A stretch of DNA of 64,000 bases from Escherichia coli (GTDB lineage Bacteria > Pseudomonadota > Gammaproteobacteria > Enterobacterales > Enterobacteriaceae): the NCBI RefSeq assembly GCF_003018235.1, contig NZ_CP027437.1. One strand, written 5' to 3'. The notes below the pieces were generated by a model. The model was given only the letters and a program-made list of their open reading frames with translations, searched no databases and was not told the origin of the DNA. This document shows, piece by piece, positions 34,489 to 45,631 of the stretch. The first letter of the stretch is position 1. The number at the start of each line of letters is the position of its first letter. A program made the position numbers and the translations under genes.

Positions 34489-36153
34489 ATGTGTTCAATT
34501 TTTGGCGTATTCGATATCAAAACAGACGCAGTTGAGCTGCGTAAGAAAGCACTCGAGCTGTCACGCCTGATGCGTCATCGTGGCCCGGACTGGTCCGGTA
34601 TTTATGCCAGCGATAACGCCATTCTCGCCCACGAACGTCTGTCCATTGTTGACGTTAACGCGGGGGCGCAACCTCTCTACAACCAACAAAAAACTCATGT
34701 GCTGGCGGTAAACGGTGAAATCTACAACCACCAGGCACTGCGCGCCGAATATGGCGATCGTTATCAGTTCCAGACCGGGTCTGACTGTGAAGTGATCCTC
34801 GCGCTGTATCAGGAAAAAGGGCCGGAATTTCTTGACGACTTGCAGGGCATGTTTGCCTTTGCCCTGTACGACAGCGAAAAAGATGCCTACCTGATTGGTC
34901 GCGACCATCTGGGGATCATCCCACTGTATATGGGCTATGACGAACATGGTCAGCTGTATGTGGCCTCAGAAATGAAAGCCCTGGTGCCGGTATGCCGCAC
35001 GATTAAAGAGTTCCCGGCGGGGAGCTATTTGTGGAGTCAGGACGGCGAAATCCGTTCTTATTATCACCGCAACTGGTTCGACTTTGATGCAGTGAAAGAT
35101 AACGTGACCGACAAAAACGAGCTGCGTCAGGCACTGGAAGATTCCGTTAAAAGCCATCTGATGTCTGATGTGCCTTACGGTGTGCTGCTTTCTGGTGGTC
35201 TGGATTCCTCAATTATTTCCGCGATCACCAAGAAATACGCCGCCCGTCGCGTGGAAGATCAGGAACGTTCTGAAGCCTGGTGGCCGCAGTTACACTCCTT
35301 TGCTGTAGGTCTGCCGGGTTCACCAGATCTGAAAGCAGCCCAGGAAGTGGCAAACCATCTGGGTACGGTGCATCACGAAATTCACTTCACTGTACAGGAA
35401 GGTCTGGACGCCATCCGCGACGTGATTTACCACATCGAAACCTATGATGTGACCACTATTCGCGCTTCAACACCGATGTATTTAATGTCGCGTAAGATCA
35501 AAGCGATGGGCATTAAAATGGTGCTGTCCGGTGAAGGTTCTGATGAAGTGTTTGGCGGTTATCTTTACTTCCACAAAGCACCGAATGCCAAAGAACTGCA
35601 TGAAGAGACGGTGCGTAAACTGCTGGCCCTGCATATGTATGACTGCGCGCGTGCCAACAAAGCGATGTCAGCCTGGGGCGTGGAAGCACGCGTTCCGTTC
35701 CTCGACAAAAAATTCCTTGATGTGGCGATGCGCATTAACCCACAGGATAAAATGTGCGGTAACGGCAAAATGGAAAAACACATCCTGCGTGAATGTTTTG
35801 AAGCATATCTGCCCGCAAGCGTGGCCTGGCGGCAGAAAGAGCAGTTCTCCGATGGCGTCGGTTACAGTTGGATTGACACCCTGAAAGAAGTAGCGGCGCA
35901 GCAGGTTTCTGATCAACAGCTGGAAACTGCCCGCTTCCGCTTCCCGTACAACACGCCGACGTCCAAAGAAGCGTATCTGTACCGGGAGATCTTTGAAGAA
36001 CTGTTCCCGCTTCCGAGCGCCGCTGAGTGCGTGCCGGGCGGCCCTTCCGTCGCGTGTTCTTCCGCTAAAGCGATCGAGTGGGATGAGGCGTTCAAGAAAA
36101 TGGACGATCCGTCTGGTCGTGCGGTTGGTGTTCACCAGTCGGCGTATAAGTAA
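34489..36153 (+). CDS. asnB: Asparagine synthetase B (554 aa)
   Basis: ATG at 34489 gives MCSIFGV (N-terminal nucleophile Cys2) and SGGLDSS PP-loop; the 27-aa ORF-track extension is rejected. Confidence 0.97.
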   Translation: MCSIFGVFDIKTDAVELRKKALELSRLMRHRGPDWSGIYASDNAILAHERLSIVDVNAGAQPLYNQQKTHVLAVNGEIYNHQALRAEYGDRYQFQTGSDCEVILALYQEKGPEFLDDLQGMFAFALYDSEKDAYLIGRDHLGIIPLYMGYDEHGQLYVASEMKALVPVCRTIKEFPAGSYLWSQDGEIRSYYHRNWFDFDAVKDNVTDKNELRQALEDSVKSHLMSDVPYGVLLSGGLDSSIISAITKKYAARRVEDQERSEAWWPQLHSFAVGLPGSPDLKAAQEVANHLGTVHHEIHFTVQEGLDAIRDVIYHIETYDVTTIRASTPMYLMSRKIKAMGIKMVLSGEGSDEVFGGYLYFHKAPNAKELHEETVRKLLALHMYDCARANKAMSAWGVEARVPFLDKKFLDVAMRINPQDKMCGNGKMEKHILRECFEAYLPASVAWRQKEQFSDGVGYSWIDTLKEVAAQQVSDQQLETARFRFPYNTPTSKEAYLYREIFEELFPLPSAAECVPGGPSVACSSAKAIEWDEAFKKMDDPSGRAVGVHQSAYK

Positions 36154-36166
36154 GAAATGCGGTACT

Positions 36167-36192
36167 GCCCCGGAGAAATCCGGGGCTGTTTC
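36167..36192 (+). terminator. Intrinsic terminator after asnB
   Basis: GCCCCGG-AGAAAT-CCGGGGC hairpin followed by TGTTT. Confidence 0.55.
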
Positions 36193-36464
36193 AGTTATTG
36201 AGCTGCTTGTTGATTCTGATATGCAGTAAGGAAATGTTCCGGTTTTGCCACATCACTGTTTGACAATTCATCACTGTAGGCCAGTACTTCATAGATTAAT
36301 TTCCCACCACTATTGTTGAATTCCGAATTTCATCCTGTATGACAAAAGAATGGCTGTAGGGTGGGGAAAAAACACAAAGTAAACAATAATTGACGAATAT
36401 AGCGCCACGCTGTTCGCAACCTAACCAAACAGTCACTTTCGAGCAATTTTCCTTGAAAAAGAGG

Positions 36465-36500
36465 TTGACGCTGCAAGGCTCTATACGCATAATGCGCCCC
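36465..36500 (+). promoter_or_regulatory. Promoter of the metT tRNA operon (stringent-type)
   Basis: TTGACG, 17-bp spacer, CATAAT, then GC-rich discriminator GCGCCCC, about 35 bp before the first tRNA. Confidence 0.6.
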
Positions 36501-36533
36501 GCAACGCCGATAAGGTATCGCGAAAAAAAAGAT

Positions 36534-36610
36534 GGCTACGTAGCTCAGTTGGTTAGAGCACATCACTCATAATGATGGGGTCACAGGTTCGAATCCCGTC
36601 GTAGCCACCA
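36534..36610 (+). tRNA. metT: tRNA-Met (elongator, anticodon CAU)
   Basis: 77-nt GGCTACGTAGCTCAGTTGGTTAGAGCACATCACTCATAATGATGGGGTCACAGGTTCGAATCCCGTCGTAGCCACCA with encoded CCA. Confidence 0.95.
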
Positions 36611-36620
36611 TCTTTTTTTT

Positions 36621-36705
36621 GCGGGAGTGGCGAAATTGGTAGACGCACCAGATTTAGGTTCTGGCGCCGCAAGGTGTGCGAGTTCAAGTCTCGCCTCCCG
36701 CACCA
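36621..36705 (+). tRNA. leuW: tRNA-Leu (anticodon UAG), class II with long variable arm
   Basis: 85-nt GCGGGAGTGGCGAAATTGGTAGACGCACCAGATTTAGGTTCTGG...CGCACCA. Confidence 0.95.
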
Positions 36706-36728
36706 TTCACCAGAAAGCGTTGTACGGA

Positions 36729-36803
36729 TGGGGTATCGCCAAGCGGTAAGGCACCGGTTTTTGATACCGGCATTCCCTGGTTCGAATCCAGGTACCCCAG
36801 CCA
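36729..36803 (+). tRNA. glnU: tRNA-Gln (anticodon UUG)
   Basis: 75-nt TGGGGTATCGCCAAGCGGTAAGGCACCGGTTTTTGATACCGG...CCAGCCA. Confidence 0.95.
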
Positions 36804-36837
36804 TCTTCTTCGAGTAAGCGGTTCACCGCCCGGTTAT

Positions 36838-36912
36838 TGGGGTATCGCCAAGCGGTAAGGCACCGGTTTTTGATACCGGCATTCCCTGGTTCGAATCCAG
36901 GTACCCCAGCCA
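36838..36912 (+). tRNA. glnW: tRNA-Gln (anticodon UUG), second copy
   Basis: Identical to the glnU sequence. Confidence 0.95.
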
Positions 36913-36927
36913 TCGAAGAAACAATCT

Positions 36928-37004
36928 GGCTACGTAGCTCAGTTGGTTAGAGCACATCACTCATAATGATGGGGTCACAGGTTCGAATCCCGTCGTAGCC
37001 ACCA
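36928..37004 (+). tRNA. metU: tRNA-Met (elongator, anticodon CAU), second copy
   Basis: Identical to the metT sequence. Confidence 0.95.
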
Positions 37005-37052
37005 AATTCTGAATGTGTCGAATATGTTCGGCAAATTCAAAAACCAATTTGT

Positions 37053-37127
37053 TGGGGTATCGCCAAGCGGTAAGGCACCGGATTCTGATTCCGGCATTCC
37101 GAGGTTCGAATCCTCGTACCCCAGCCA
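37053..37127 (+). tRNA. glnV: tRNA-Gln (anticodon CUG)
   Basis: 75-nt TGGGGTATCGCCAAGCGGTAAGGCACCGGATTCTGATTCCGG...CCAGCCA. Confidence 0.95.
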
Positions 37128-37164
37128 ATTTATTCAAGACGCTTACCTTGTAAGTGCACCCAGT

Positions 37165-37239
37165 TGGGGTATCGCCAAGCGGTAAGGCACCGGATTCTGA
37201 TTCCGGCATTCCGAGGTTCGAATCCTCGTACCCCAGCCA
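37165..37239 (+). tRNA. glnX: tRNA-Gln (anticodon CUG), second copy
   Basis: Identical to the glnV sequence. Confidence 0.95.
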
Positions 37240-37243
37240 CATT

Positions 37244-37272
37244 AAAAAAGCTCGCTTCGGCGAGCTTTTTGC
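37244..37272 (+). terminator. Intrinsic terminator of the tRNA operon
   Basis: AGCTCGC-TTCG-GCGAGCT hairpin flanked by an A-run and followed by TTTTT. Confidence 0.8.
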
Positions 37273-37289
37273 TTTTCTGCGTATATTCA

Positions 37290-37385
37290 ATGTCGAATGC
37301 GATGTTGACACGTCTTATCCTTCAAAGTCGGATGCGACGCTGATGCGTCTTATCCGACCTACAGTTGGCATGCATCCGGCAATGT
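37290..37385. repeat. REP-like palindromic units (BIME-like)
   Basis: Repeated (G)ATGCG..CGTCTTATCC units and GTCGGATGCGACGCTGATGCGTCTTATCCGACCTAC between the tRNA terminator and the ubiF 3' end. Confidence 0.5.
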
Positions 37386-37392
37386 TGTAAGG

Positions 37393-38568
37393 CTACAACC
37401 CTAACGCATATTTCAGCGCCTGACGTTTCAACATGCCAGCACGCTCCGCCGCCATCAAACCAAGATTACGCACAAAACGCAGCGGCGGCAGATTATTACT
37501 GAATCCGGCATAAAACAGATCCATACCACTTTGCATAATGAAGTTATCCGCCATGCGCCGCATCTGGTAACGCTTGAGGACAGGATAACTGGCCCACGCT
37601 TCGCCGTAGCTGCGAGCGTTGACCAGAACGTCAATCAGGGTATCGACATCACGATAACCAAGATTCACCCCCTGCCCCGCCAGCGGATGGATGGTGTGCG
37701 CGGCATCACCCACCAGCGCAAGCCCCGGCTGCACATACTGCAACGCATGGCGGCGTGTCAGCGGAAACGCACCAGCGGCAAGCGGTGTCACGTAACCCAG
37801 ACGCGACGGGAAATGCTTCGCGATTTCTGCCTGTAGCTGCGCCATATTCATATTCTGCAACTGGCGAATGCGCGCCGGAGAGTCATACCACACCAGCGAT
37901 GCCCAGTTATCAAACAACGGCAGAAACGCACGCGGTCCGTCCGGGGTAAATTGCTGCCAGGTGCTGTCGCCGGGATCGTTCTCACACTGGACGCTAATCA
38001 ACATACACGACTGTGCATACTGCCAGGCATGAACGCCAATTCCCGCCATCTGCCGCACCTGCGAATTTGCGCCGTCGGCACCAATCACCAGCTTCGCGCG
38101 GATCGTTTCACCGCCCTTCAGTTCCAGCTCCTGAAGATCATTATGGCGATGCAGCGCAATCAGCGAGCCTGGCACACGTAACGTTACTTTCGGATGTGCT
38201 TCCAGCGCCTGCCACAGCGCCTGTTGCAGGACTGTGTTTTCCACCATATAGCCAAGCAGCGGCAGCTTAAGTTCAGCGGCATCAAACACCACATGCGCCG
38301 TTTCCCACTCCCACGTTTCCAGTCTGCGGTAAGGATGGCAACGCATAGCCTGTACTGCATCCCAGACCCCTAACCCTTTAAGCAATGATACCGAAGCAGC
38401 GCTGATCGCCGAGATCCGCACGTCCGGTTGGCTATCAGCGACAAACGGCGCTGGTTCTGCGTGCTCGATCACCGTTACCGCAAATCCATGCTGTGCCAGC
38501 CCCAGCGCCAGTGCGCCGCCGACCATTCCTCCGCCGACAATGGCAATTTCCGTTGGTTGATTTGTCAT
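37393..38568 (-). CDS. ubiF: UbiF, ubiquinone biosynthesis flavin monooxygenase (391 aa)
   Basis: ATG at 38568 gives MTNQPTEIAIVGGGMVGGALALG (FAD-binding GxGxxG); the ORF-track start two codons upstream is a TTG. Confidence 0.93.
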   Translation of the reverse strand: MTNQPTEIAIVGGGMVGGALALGLAQHGFAVTVIEHAEPAPFVADSQPDVRISAISAASVSLLKGLGVWDAVQAMRCHPYRRLETWEWETAHVVFDAAELKLPLLGYMVENTVLQQALWQALEAHPKVTLRVPGSLIALHRHNDLQELELKGGETIRAKLVIGADGANSQVRQMAGIGVHAWQYAQSCMLISVQCENDPGDSTWQQFTPDGPRAFLPLFDNWASLVWYDSPARIRQLQNMNMAQLQAEIAKHFPSRLGYVTPLAAGAFPLTRRHALQYVQPGLALVGDAAHTIHPLAGQGVNLGYRDVDTLIDVLVNARSYGEAWASYPVLKRYQMRRMADNFIMQSGMDLFYAGFSNNLPPLRFVRNLGLMAAERAGMLKRQALKYALGL

Positions 38569-38713
38569 GGTCAATCATCCTGTTAGCAATATGCTTTAAG
38601 TTTACAGGATTTTTACCCCCAAGGGCTGATAACGCTCATACTGGTCACAACGGCAGCAAAGCATTACACTATGCGCCCTGCATTCCTGGCTACTATTTCG
38701 CAAGAGCAAGTCG

Positions 38714-40138
38714 ATGACCAAAAAACTCCATATTAAAACCTGGGGCTGTCAGATGAACGAGTACGATTCATCGAAGATGGCCGATCTGCTGGATGCCACC
38801 CACGGCTATCAACTGACCGACGTGGCGGAAGAAGCGGATGTGCTGCTGCTGAACACCTGCTCAATCCGCGAGAAGGCTCAGGAAAAAGTCTTCCATCAGT
38901 TGGGTCGCTGGAAACTGTTAAAAGAGAAGAATCCAGACCTGATTATCGGCGTCGGCGGCTGCGTGGCATCGCAAGAAGGTGAGCACATTCGCCAGCGCGC
39001 CCACTATGTCGATATTATTTTTGGGCCGCAAACGCTGCACCGTCTGCCGGAGATGATCAACTCCGTGCGCGGCGACCGCAGCCCGGTTGTAGATATCAGC
39101 TTCCCGGAAATCGAGAAGTTTGACCGTCTGCCGGAACCGCGTGCCGAAGGGCCGACCGCGTTTGTCTCCATCATGGAAGGCTGCAATAAATATTGTACCT
39201 ACTGCGTAGTGCCTTACACCCGTGGTGAAGAGGTAAGCCGTCCGTCCGACGATATTCTGTTTGAGATCGCCCAGCTTGCGGCTCAGGGCGTGCGTGAAGT
39301 CAACCTGCTCGGTCAGAACGTGAACGCCTGGCGTGGTGAAAACTACGACGGCACCACCGGATCGTTTGCCGATCTGCTGCGTCTGGTTGCTGCGATCGAC
39401 GGGATCGATCGTATTCGCTTTACCACCAGCCATCCGATCGAATTCACCGACGATATCATCGAAGTGTACCGCGACACGCCGGAGCTGGTGAGCTTCCTGC
39501 ATCTGCCGGTGCAGAGCGGTTCCGATCGCATTCTGAACCTGATGGGACGTACCCATACAGCGCTGGAGTACAAAGCGATCATCCGTAAGCTGCGTGCGGC
39601 GCGTCCGGATATTCAGATCAGTTCTGACTTCATCGTTGGCTTCCCTGGCGAAACCACCGAAGACTTCGAGAAAACGATGAAGCTGATTGCCGACGTCAAT
39701 TTCGACATGAGCTACAGCTTTATCTTCTCCGCTCGTCCAGGTACACCAGCCGCCGACATGGTTGATGATGTTCCGGAAGAAGAGAAGAAGCAGCGTCTGT
39801 ATATTCTGCAAGAACGCATTAATCAGCAAGCGATGGCATGGAGCCGCCGAATGCTCGGCACCACCCAGCGTATTCTGGTAGAAGGTACATCGCGTAAGAG
39901 CATCATGGAGCTTTCCGGTCGCACTGAAAATAACCGCGTGGTTAACTTCGAAGGTACACCGGATATGATCGGTAAATTCGTCGATGTAGAAATTACCGAC
40001 GTCTACCCGAACTCTCTGCGCGGTAAAGTGGTGCGAACTGAAGATGAAATGAGTCTGCGCGTGGCAGAAACACCGGAATCGGTGATTGCCCGTACCCGCA
40101 AAGAAAACGACCTTGGCGTGGGTTATTATCAGCCGTAA
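38714..40138 (+). CDS. miaB: MiaB, tRNA methylthiotransferase (474 aa)
   Basis: Radical-SAM CxxxCxxC (CNKYCTYC) and C-terminal TRAM domain; divergent from ubiF. Confidence 0.97.
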   Translation: MTKKLHIKTWGCQMNEYDSSKMADLLDATHGYQLTDVAEEADVLLLNTCSIREKAQEKVFHQLGRWKLLKEKNPDLIIGVGGCVASQEGEHIRQRAHYVDIIFGPQTLHRLPEMINSVRGDRSPVVDISFPEIEKFDRLPEPRAEGPTAFVSIMEGCNKYCTYCVVPYTRGEEVSRPSDDILFEIAQLAAQGVREVNLLGQNVNAWRGENYDGTTGSFADLLRLVAAIDGIDRIRFTTSHPIEFTDDIIEVYRDTPELVSFLHLPVQSGSDRILNLMGRTHTALEYKAIIRKLRAARPDIQISSDFIVGFPGETTEDFEKTMKLIADVNFDMSYSFIFSARPGTPAADMVDDVPEEEKKQRLYILQERINQQAMAWSRRMLGTTQRILVEGTSRKSIMELSGRTENNRVVNFEGTPDMIGKFVDVEITDVYPNSLRGKVVRTEDEMSLRVAETPESVIARTRKENDLGVGYYQP

Positions 40139-40290
40139 TTCTCAGGCCCGCCGTTCCGGTGGGCCTTGTTTTTTCTCTCTTTATCCCCATCTTTATCGCA
40201 ATGCTTGCGCCTTTTTCCTGTGGCGTGAATAATTTCCTTATAGGCCGGTGAATGTTCAGCTTCCGGCGGCATACAGATAAGAGGAACGGT

Positions 40291-41331
40291 TTGAACATAG
40301 ACACTCGCGAAATCACCCTGGAGCCAGCAGACAACGCGCGTCTGTTGAGCCTGTGCGGCCCGTTTGATGACAACATCAAGCAGCTCGAACGCCGTCTCGG
40401 CATCGAGATCAATCGCCGCGATAACCACTTTAAACTGACCGGCCGTCCGATTTGCGTCACCGCTGCGGCAGACATTCTGCGTAGCCTGTATGTCGATACC
40501 GCCCCGATGCGCGGTCAGATTCAGGATATCGAACCGGAACAGATCCACCTTGCGATTAAAGAAGCGCGGGTACTGGAGCAAAGCGCGGAGAGCGTGCCGG
40601 AGTACGGCAAAGCGGTCAATATCAAAACCAAACGCGGCGTAATCAAGCCGCGCACGCCAAACCAGGCGCAGTACATTGCCAATATTCTCGACCATGACAT
40701 CACCTTCGGCGTTGGCCCGGCGGGTACGGGTAAAACCTACCTGGCAGTGGCTGCGGCAGTTGATGCCCTGGAGCGTCAGGAAATTCGCCGTATTCTGCTG
40801 ACTCGTCCGGCGGTCGAAGCCGGTGAGAAACTGGGCTTCCTGCCTGGCGATTTAAGCCAGAAAGTAGACCCGTATCTGCGCCCACTGTACGACGCGCTGT
40901 TTGAAATGCTGGGCTTTGAGAAAGTCGAGAAACTGATTGAGCGCAACGTTATTGAAGTCGCGCCGCTGGCCTATATGCGTGGTCGTACGCTGAACGACGC
41001 GTTTATCATTCTCGATGAGAGCCAGAACACCACCATCGAACAGATGAAGATGTTCCTGACCCGTATCGGTTTTAACTCAAAAGCGGTTATCACCGGCGAC
41101 GTCACACAGATCGACCTGCCGCGTAATACCAAGTCAGGCTTGCGTCACGCCATCGAAGTGCTGGCCGATGTTGAAGAGATCAGCTTTAACTTCTTCCACA
41201 GCGAAGACGTGGTTCGTCACCCGGTGGTGGCGCGTATCGTTAACGCTTATGAAGCCTGGGAAGAAGCAGAACAAAAACGTAAAGCGGCGCTGGCAGCAGA
41301 ACGCAAGCGCGAAGAACAGGAACAAAAATGA
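40291..41331 (+). CDS. ybeZ: YbeZ, PhoH-like ATPase (346 aa from TTG; 359 aa if the ATG at 40252 is used)
   Basis: Walker [12 protein letters not shown] at 40291 has AAGAGGA 5 nt upstream and gives the recalled K-12 length; the ATG at 40252 has a weaker RBS. Confidence 0.85.
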
Positions 41332-41795
41332 GTCAGGTGATCCTCGATTTACAACTGGCATGTGAAGATAATTCCGGGTTACCGGAAGAGAGCCAGTTTC
41401 AAACATGGCTGAATGCGGTGATCCCGCAGTTTCAGGAAGAGTCGGAAGTGACGATTCGCGTGGTCGATACCGCCGAAAGCCACAGTCTGAATCTGACCTA
41501 TCGCGGTAAGGATAAGCCGACCAACGTGCTCTCCTTCCCGTTTGAAGTACCGCCTGGCATGGAAATGTCGCTACTGGGCGATCTGGTTATCTGCCGTCAG
41601 GTGGTTGAGAAGGAAGCACAGGAGCAAGGCAAACCACTGGAGGCGCACTGGGCGCATATGGTGGTGCACGGCAGTCTGCATTTGTTAGGTTACGATCACA
41701 TCGAAGATGACGAAGCAGAAGAAATGGAAGCCCTCGAAACAGAGATTATGCTTGCTCTGGGCTATGAGGATCCGTACATTGCCGAGAAAGAATAA
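41328..41795 (+). CDS. ybeY: YbeY, endoribonuclease for 16S rRNA 3' maturation (155 aa)
   Basis: Zinc motif [11 protein letters not shown]; ATG overlaps the ybeZ stop. Confidence 0.95.
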
Positions 41796-41884
41796 TTTGC
41801 CAGGCATTTGACTGGCAGACGTCCCCGCCGTTGGTGATTAACGACGGCGTTTTGATTAACTAACATGAGAACCCATACGACGCC

Positions 41885-42763
41885 ATGAGCGACGACAATT
41901 CACACAGTAGTGACACGATAAGCAACAAGAAGGGATTTTTCTCCCTGTTACTCAGCCAACTTTTCCACGGTGAACCGAAAAACCGTGACGAACTGCTGGC
42001 GCTGATCCGTGATTCCGGGCAGAACGACCTTATCGACGAAGATACGCGCGATATGCTCGAAGGGGTGATGGACATCGCAGACCAACGCGTCCGCGACATC
42101 ATGATCCCCCGCTCCCAGATGATTACCCTGAAACGCAACCAGACGCTGGACGAATGCCTTGATGTCATCATCGAGTCCGCCCACTCACGTTTCCCGGTGA
42201 TTAGCGAAGACAAAGATCACATTGAAGGGATTCTGATGGCGAAAGACTTGCTGCCGTTTATGCGCAGCGATGCTGAAGCCTTCAGCATGGACAAAGTGTT
42301 ACGTCAGGCAGTTGTCGTTCCTGAAAGTAAGCGCGTAGACCGGATGCTGAAAGAGTTTCGCTCTCAGCGTTACCACATGGCGATCGTCATTGACGAATTC
42401 GGTGGGGTTTCCGGTCTGGTGACCATTGAAGACATCCTGGAACTGATTGTTGGTGAGATTGAAGACGAGTATGACGAAGAAGATGATATCGACTTCCGTC
42501 AGCTGAGTCGTCATACCTGGACCGTGCGCGCACTGGCTTCCATTGAAGACTTCAACGAAGCGTTCGGCACCCACTTTAGCGATGAAGAGGTTGACACTAT
42601 CGGTGGTCTGGTGATGCAGGCATTTGGGCATCTTCCGGCGCGTGGCGAAACCATCGACATCGACGGTTACCAGTTCAAAGTGGCGATGGCCGACAGTCGG
42701 CGTATTATTCAGGTTCATGTCCAAATCCCGGATGACTCACCCCAGCCGAAGCTGGATGAATAA
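41885..42763 (+). CDS. corC: CorC (YbeX), CBS-domain magnesium/cobalt efflux-associated protein (292 aa)
   Basis: CBS pair plus CorC/HlyC C-terminal domain in the translation. Confidence 0.93.
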   Translation: MSDDNSHSSDTISNKKGFFSLLLSQLFHGEPKNRDELLALIRDSGQNDLIDEDTRDMLEGVMDIADQRVRDIMIPRSQMITLKRNQTLDECLDVIIESAHSRFPVISEDKDHIEGILMAKDLLPFMRSDAEAFSMDKVLRQAVVVPESKRVDRMLKEFRSQRYHMAIVIDEFGGVSGLVTIEDILELIVGEIEDEYDEEDDIDFRQLSRHTWTVRALASIEDFNEAFGTHFSDEEVDTIGGLVMQAFGHLPARGETIDIDGYQFKVAMADSRRIIQVHVQIPDDSPQPKLDE

Positions 42764-42787
42764 AACCGAAACTGGATAGATAACTAC

Positions 42788-44326
42788 ATGGCTTTTGCCT
42801 CATTAATTGAACGCCAGCGCATTCGCCTGCTGCTGGCGTTATTATTCGGTGCCTGCGGAACGCTGGCCTTCTCTCCTTACGACGTCTGGCCTGCGGCGAT
42901 TATTTCGCTGATGGGGCTTCAGGCGCTGACCTTTAACCGCCGTCCACTCCAGTCTGCCGCTATTGGCTTTTGCTGGGGATTTGGCCTCTTTGGCAGCGGT
43001 ATTAACTGGGTCTATGTCAGCATCGCGACCTTTGGCGGAATGCCTGGCCCGGTTAACATCTTCCTGGTGGTACTGCTGGCGGCGTATTTGTCGCTGTATA
43101 CCGGATTATTTGCTGGCGTGCTGTCGCGTCTGTGGCCGAAAACCACCTGGCTGCGCGTGGCGATTGCCGCCCCTGCTCTCTGGCAAGTGACCGAGTTTCT
43201 GCGCGGTTGGGTGCTGACTGGTTTCCCGTGGTTACAGTTCGGCTATAGCCAGATTGATGGCCCGTTAAAAGGGCTGGCACCGATAATGGGCGTGGAAGCC
43301 ATTAACTTCCTGCTAATGATGGTTAGCGGCCTGCTGGCACTGGCGTTGGTTAAACGCAACTGGCGTCCGATGGTGGTGGCCGTCGTGCTGTTCGCCCTTC
43401 CCTTCCCGCTGCGTTACATCCAGTGGTTTACCCCGCAACCGGAGAAAACCATTCAGGTTTCGATGGTTCAGGGCGATATTCCGCAATCGCTGAAGTGGGA
43501 CGAAAGCCAGCTTCTTAATACGCTGAAAATTTATTACAACGCGACGGCACCGCTGATGGGCAAATCGTCGCTGATTATCTGGCCGGAGTCGGCGATAACC
43601 GATCTGGAAATTAATCAGCAACCGTTCCTCAAAGCACTGGACGGTGAGTTGCGTGATAAAGGTAGCTCGCTGGTAACCGGGATTGTCGACGCGCGTCTCA
43701 ATAAGCAGAACCGCTACGATACCTACAACACCATCATCACGCTGGGTAAAGGTGCACCGTACAGCTACGAATCAGCCGATCGCTATAACAAAAACCATCT
43801 GGTGCCGTTTGGCGAGTTTGTCCCGCTGGAGTCGATTCTGCGTCCGTTAGCGCCGTTCTTTGATCTGCCGATGTCGTCGTTCAGCCGTGGGCCATATATC
43901 CAGCCACCGCTGTCGGTAAACGGTATTGAGCTTACTGCGGCTATTTGCTACGAGATCATTCTTGGCGAGCAAGTGCGTGATAACTTCCGCCCGGATACCG
44001 ATTATCTGCTGACTATCTCCAACGATGCATGGTTTGGTAAGTCTATTGGTCCATGGCAGCACTTCCAGATGGCGCGAATGCGTGCGCTGGAGCTGGCGCG
44101 CCCGCTGCTACGCAGCACCAACAACGGCATTACGGCGGTGATTGGCCCGCAGGGTGAGATTCAGGCGATGATCCCGCAATTCACCCGCGAGGTGTTAACC
44201 ACTAACGTGACACCGACCACCGGACTCACACCGTACGCACGTACCGGCAACTGGCCGCTGTGGGTACTGACGGCACTGTTTGGTTTTGCTGCTGTGCTGA
44301 TGAGCCTGCGTCAACGACGTAAATAA
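42788..44326 (+). CDS. lnt: Lnt, apolipoprotein N-acyltransferase (512 aa)
   Basis: N-terminal membrane segments then nitrilase-fold domain with the catalytic-Cys region (AAICYEI). Confidence 0.95.
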   Translation: MAFASLIERQRIRLLLALLFGACGTLAFSPYDVWPAAIISLMGLQALTFNRRPLQSAAIGFCWGFGLFGSGINWVYVSIATFGGMPGPVNIFLVVLLAAYLSLYTGLFAGVLSRLWPKTTWLRVAIAAPALWQVTEFLRGWVLTGFPWLQFGYSQIDGPLKGLAPIMGVEAINFLLMMVSGLLALALVKRNWRPMVVAVVLFALPFPLRYIQWFTPQPEKTIQVSMVQGDIPQSLKWDESQLLNTLKIYYNATAPLMGKSSLIIWPESAITDLEINQQPFLKALDGELRDKGSSLVTGIVDARLNKQNRYDTYNTIITLGKGAPYSYESADRYNKNHLVPFGEFVPLESILRPLAPFFDLPMSSFSRGPYIQPPLSVNGIELTAAICYEIILGEQVRDNFRPDTDYLLTISNDAWFGKSIGPWQHFQMARMRALELARPLLRSTNNGITAVIGPQGEIQAMIPQFTREVLTTNVTPTTGLTPYARTGNWPLWVLTALFGFAAVLMSLRQRRK

Positions 44327-44722
44327 TCCCTTCTTATCGTGCCGGAATACATCCCGTATTTCGGCACGCTCACCGGATGCGGCATCAGTGCGTTATCCGG
44401 ATTACAAAATTCCCCTATCCAACTTTGGCACATCTATTGCTTTGTTATACAAGGCAAAGCTTGAACCAGCATCAGTACAACCCGGTTGCACCACAGCAAT
44501 CCACGGGTAGCACCAAAAGAGTGCATTTTAAGAATTTTGCTTCGGAATGGTGCGGCGCATCTCGCAAAAACAAACAATAAAACAGCAATATCTTTACATT
44601 TAGCCAAACTAAATGTTACCTAACAAGCACAACACTGCACAATAAAGTTGCAGATGATAACAACACAAACACTCACAACGGGTATCCATGCGTTCTTAAC
44701 GCAGAAGATAAAGGAGTTGGAT

Positions 44723-45631
44723 ATGCAATTACGTAAACCTGCCACAGCAATCCTGGCCTTGGCGCTTTCCGCAGGACTGGCACAGGCAGATGACGCCGCC
44801 CCGGCAGCGGGCAGTACGCTGGACAAAATCGCCAAAAACGGTGTGATTGTCGTCGGTCACCGTGAATCTTCAGTACCTTTCTCTTATTACGACAATCAGC
44901 AAAAAGTGGTGGGTTACTCGCAGGATTACTCCAACGCCATTGTTGAAGCAGTGAAAAAGAAACTCAACAAACCGGACTTGCAGGTAAAACTGATTCCGAT
45001 CACCTCACAAAACCGTATTCCACTGCTGCAAAACGGCACTTTCGATTTTGAATGTGGTTCTACCACCAACAACGTCGAACGCCAAAAACAGGCGGCTTTC
45101 TCTGACACTATTTTCGTGGTCGGTACGCGCCTTCTGACCAAAAAGGGCGGCGATATCAAAGATTTTGCCGACCTGAAAGGCAAAGCCGTAGTCGTCACTT
45201 CCGGCACTACCTCTGAAGTTTTGCTCAACAAACTGAATGAAGAGCAAAAAATGAATATGCGAATTATCAGCGCCAAAGATCACGGTGACTCTTTCCGTAC
45301 CCTGGAAAGCGGTCGTGCCGTTGCCTTTATGATGGATGATGCTCTGCTGGCTGGTGAACGTGCGAAAGCGAAGAAACCAGACAACTGGGAAATCGTCGGC
45401 AAGCCGCAGTCTCAGGAAGCCTACGGTTGCATGTTGCGTAAAGACGATCCGCAGTTCAAAAAGCTGATGGATGACACCATCGCGCAGGTGCAGACCTCCG
45501 GTGAAGCGGAAAAATGGTTTGATAAATGGTTCAAAAATCCAATTCCGCCGAAAAACCTGAACATGAATTTCGAACTGTCAGACGAAATGAAAGCACTGTT
45601 CAAAGAACCGAATGACAAGGCACTGAACTAA
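44723..45631 (+). CDS. gltI: GltI, glutamate/aspartate periplasmic binding protein (302 aa)
   Basis: ATG at 44723 after AAGGAG; signal peptide MQLRKPATAILALALSAGLAQA. Confidence 0.95.
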   Translation: MQLRKPATAILALALSAGLAQADDAAPAAGSTLDKIAKNGVIVVGHRESSVPFSYYDNQQKVVGYSQDYSNAIVEAVKKKLNKPDLQVKLIPITSQNRIPLLQNGTFDFECGSTTNNVERQKQAAFSDTIFVVGTRLLTKKGGDIKDFADLKGKAVVVTSGTTSEVLLNKLNEEQKMNMRIISAKDHGDSFRTLESGRAVAFMMDDALLAGERAKAKKPDNWEIVGKPQSQEAYGCMLRKDDPQFKKLMDDTIAQVQTSGEAEKWFDKWFKNPIPPKNLNMNFELSDEMKALFKEPNDKALN

